Source: Nannocystis bainbridge
GTDB taxonomy: Bacteria; Myxococcota_A; Polyangia; Nannocystales; Nannocystaceae
NCBI RefSeq assembly: GCF_028368995.1
Contig: NZ_JAQNDL010000002.1
Span: forward strand, 896,001-960,000
Direction: 5' to 3'
Length of the DNA: 64,000 bases
Numbering within the stretch: position 1 is the first letter of the stretch; the number at the start of each line of letters is the position of its first letter. The translations under genes and the position numbers were made by a program. The notes below the pieces were generated by a model. That model saw nothing but the letters and a program-made list of their open reading frames with translations, had not been told where the DNA came from and made no database searches. Shown here one piece after another: positions 62,714 through 64,000 of this stretch.

Positions 62714-64000
62714 ATGCGTTCACCCCGTGCCTGGTCTTATGTGACGTACCTCGCCTCTCTCTTCGCGCTCGGTGCGTGCCCGGTCTCGCCGGCAGCGACG
62801 GAGACCGACAGCGACTCGACGACGGCGGGCTCACAGGCTCAAACCACAGGCACCACGGAGAATTGCCCGGTCGGCGACCTCGGCTGTCCGTGCACGCAGG
62901 GGGGCGCCTGCAACGACGGTCTCGAGTGCTCGCCGAGCCAGACGTGCGTGACCCGCGGGGACGACACGACCACCGAGAACGGCCCTGACGGCACGAGCAC
63001 CACCACGGTCGAGCCCGCTACCACGACGAGCGAGACCAGCTCCACCACCGGTCCGGCGACGCCCTGCGACCCGGGCGGCGAGCAGCCCAGCGACGACTGC
63101 AAGGGCATCAGCGCCGACAAGCCCTACTGCTCCGAAGGGGGCGTGTGCGGCGACTGCTCGGTGCTGCCCGCCGACGGCTGCGCGGCCATCGATCCGAGCA
63201 AGCCGCTCTGCAACGCCGACGACGGCCAGTGCGTCGCCTGCACGATCGACGATCAGTCGCTCTGCTCGGGCGCCACGCCGGCGTGCAACCCGGCCACCAA
63301 CGCCTGCGAGGGCTGCTTCGAGCACAGCCACTGCCCCGACACCGCGTGCGACGTGCTCAAGCGCGAGTGCTTCCCGATCGACAAGGTGCTCTACATCCGC
63401 CACGGCATCGAGGCCAAGGGGGACTGCACCAACAACATGAAGCAGGGCGGCTACGAGCAGGCCCCGTTCTGCAACGCCAACGTGGCGCTGGAGCGCGCGC
63501 AGTCCGAGGGGGCGACCAGCGGCTGGACCTTCAAGTTCCTCGAGAGCGAAGAGTTCAGCTCCTACCACGGCGACATCACGATCCCCTCGGTCGACGTGAA
63601 CGAGCCGGTCAGCTACGCGTTCGTGCACGTCGGCGAGTTCGCCCAGGAGGACCTGAGCGCGCAGCGCCACACGCGGTGGCAGTCGAACGGCGCCGTGATG
63701 ACCGTCGGCGCCAACGTGGTCGCCTACGTCAACAACTTCGCCATCTACAGCGTCAGCAACCAGGACGACAACGCCGTCGGCATCGGCTGCCTGCAGAACT
63801 CGAGCGTCTTCATCGACGACAGCTACATCCGCGACACCCGCGGCTCCGGCATCCGCTCGTTCGGCTGCGACGTGTACATGCGCCGCTCGAGCATCTTCAA
63901 GAGCCGCACCGAGGGCATCGAGCTCAACTGCGCCGATCAGGCGTGCGAGCTGCACATGAGCAACAGCTACATCACCGAGAGCCAGCACGTCCAGGGCGAC
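62714..64000 (+). CDS. Cys-rich lipoprotein, paralogue of 60853-62547, runs off the window end
   Basis: Translated by hand (absent from the ORF track because there is no stop): MRSPRAWSYVTYLASLFALGACPV..., lipobox LGAC, CSGATPACNPATNACEGCFEHSHCPDTACD. Confidence 0.8.
   Translation, partial: MRSPRAWSYVTYLASLFALGACPVSPAATETDSDSTTAGSQAQTTGTTENCPVGDLGCPCTQGGACNDGLECSPSQTCVTRGDDTTTENGPDGTSTTTVEPATTTSETSSTTGPATPCDPGGEQPSDDCKGISADKPYCSEGGVCGDCSVLPADGCAAIDPSKPLCNADDGQCVACTIDDQSLCSGATPACNPATNACEGCFEHSHCPDTACDVLKRECFPIDKVLYIRHGIEAKGDCTNNMKQGGYEQAPFCNANVALERAQSEGATSGWTFKFLESEEFSSYHGDITIPSVDVNEPVSYAFVHVGEFAQEDLSAQRHTRWQSNGAVMTVGANVVAYVNNFAIYSVSNQDDNAVGIGCLQNSSVFIDDSYIRDTRGSGIRSFGCDVYMRRSSIFKSRTEGIELNCADQACELHMSNSYITESQHVQGD

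Overview
Very GC-rich bacterial DNA. The gene content points to a myxobacterium, probably Nannocystis-like (inference): several eukaryote-type Ser/Thr kinases, DUF4388 proteins, an FHA-GGDEF protein, and Cys-rich and FG-GAP lipoproteins. Core genes are pyc, lipA, accA-miaA-mutL, def, trx, a DnaJ/CbpA chaperone, an MscS channel, a radical SAM fusion, a PBP, gpx and an HD hydrolase. There is one complete group II intron (about 10558-12572). It sits exactly at the start codon of a kinase gene and appears to re-supply an RBS and ATG from its own 3' end. The most striking unexplained signal is a dispersed 14-bp quasi-palindrome, consensus TGTCY-N4-RGACA. It occurs as single copies and as head-to-tail arrays of 2-7 units, with a CATG/CAGG junction every 14 bp. 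I counted about 35 loci by eye. They occupy 11 of 12 convergent intergenic gaps, several divergent and tandem gaps, and linker-coding stretches of genes including mutL. All calls come from reading motifs by eye; no database search was run.
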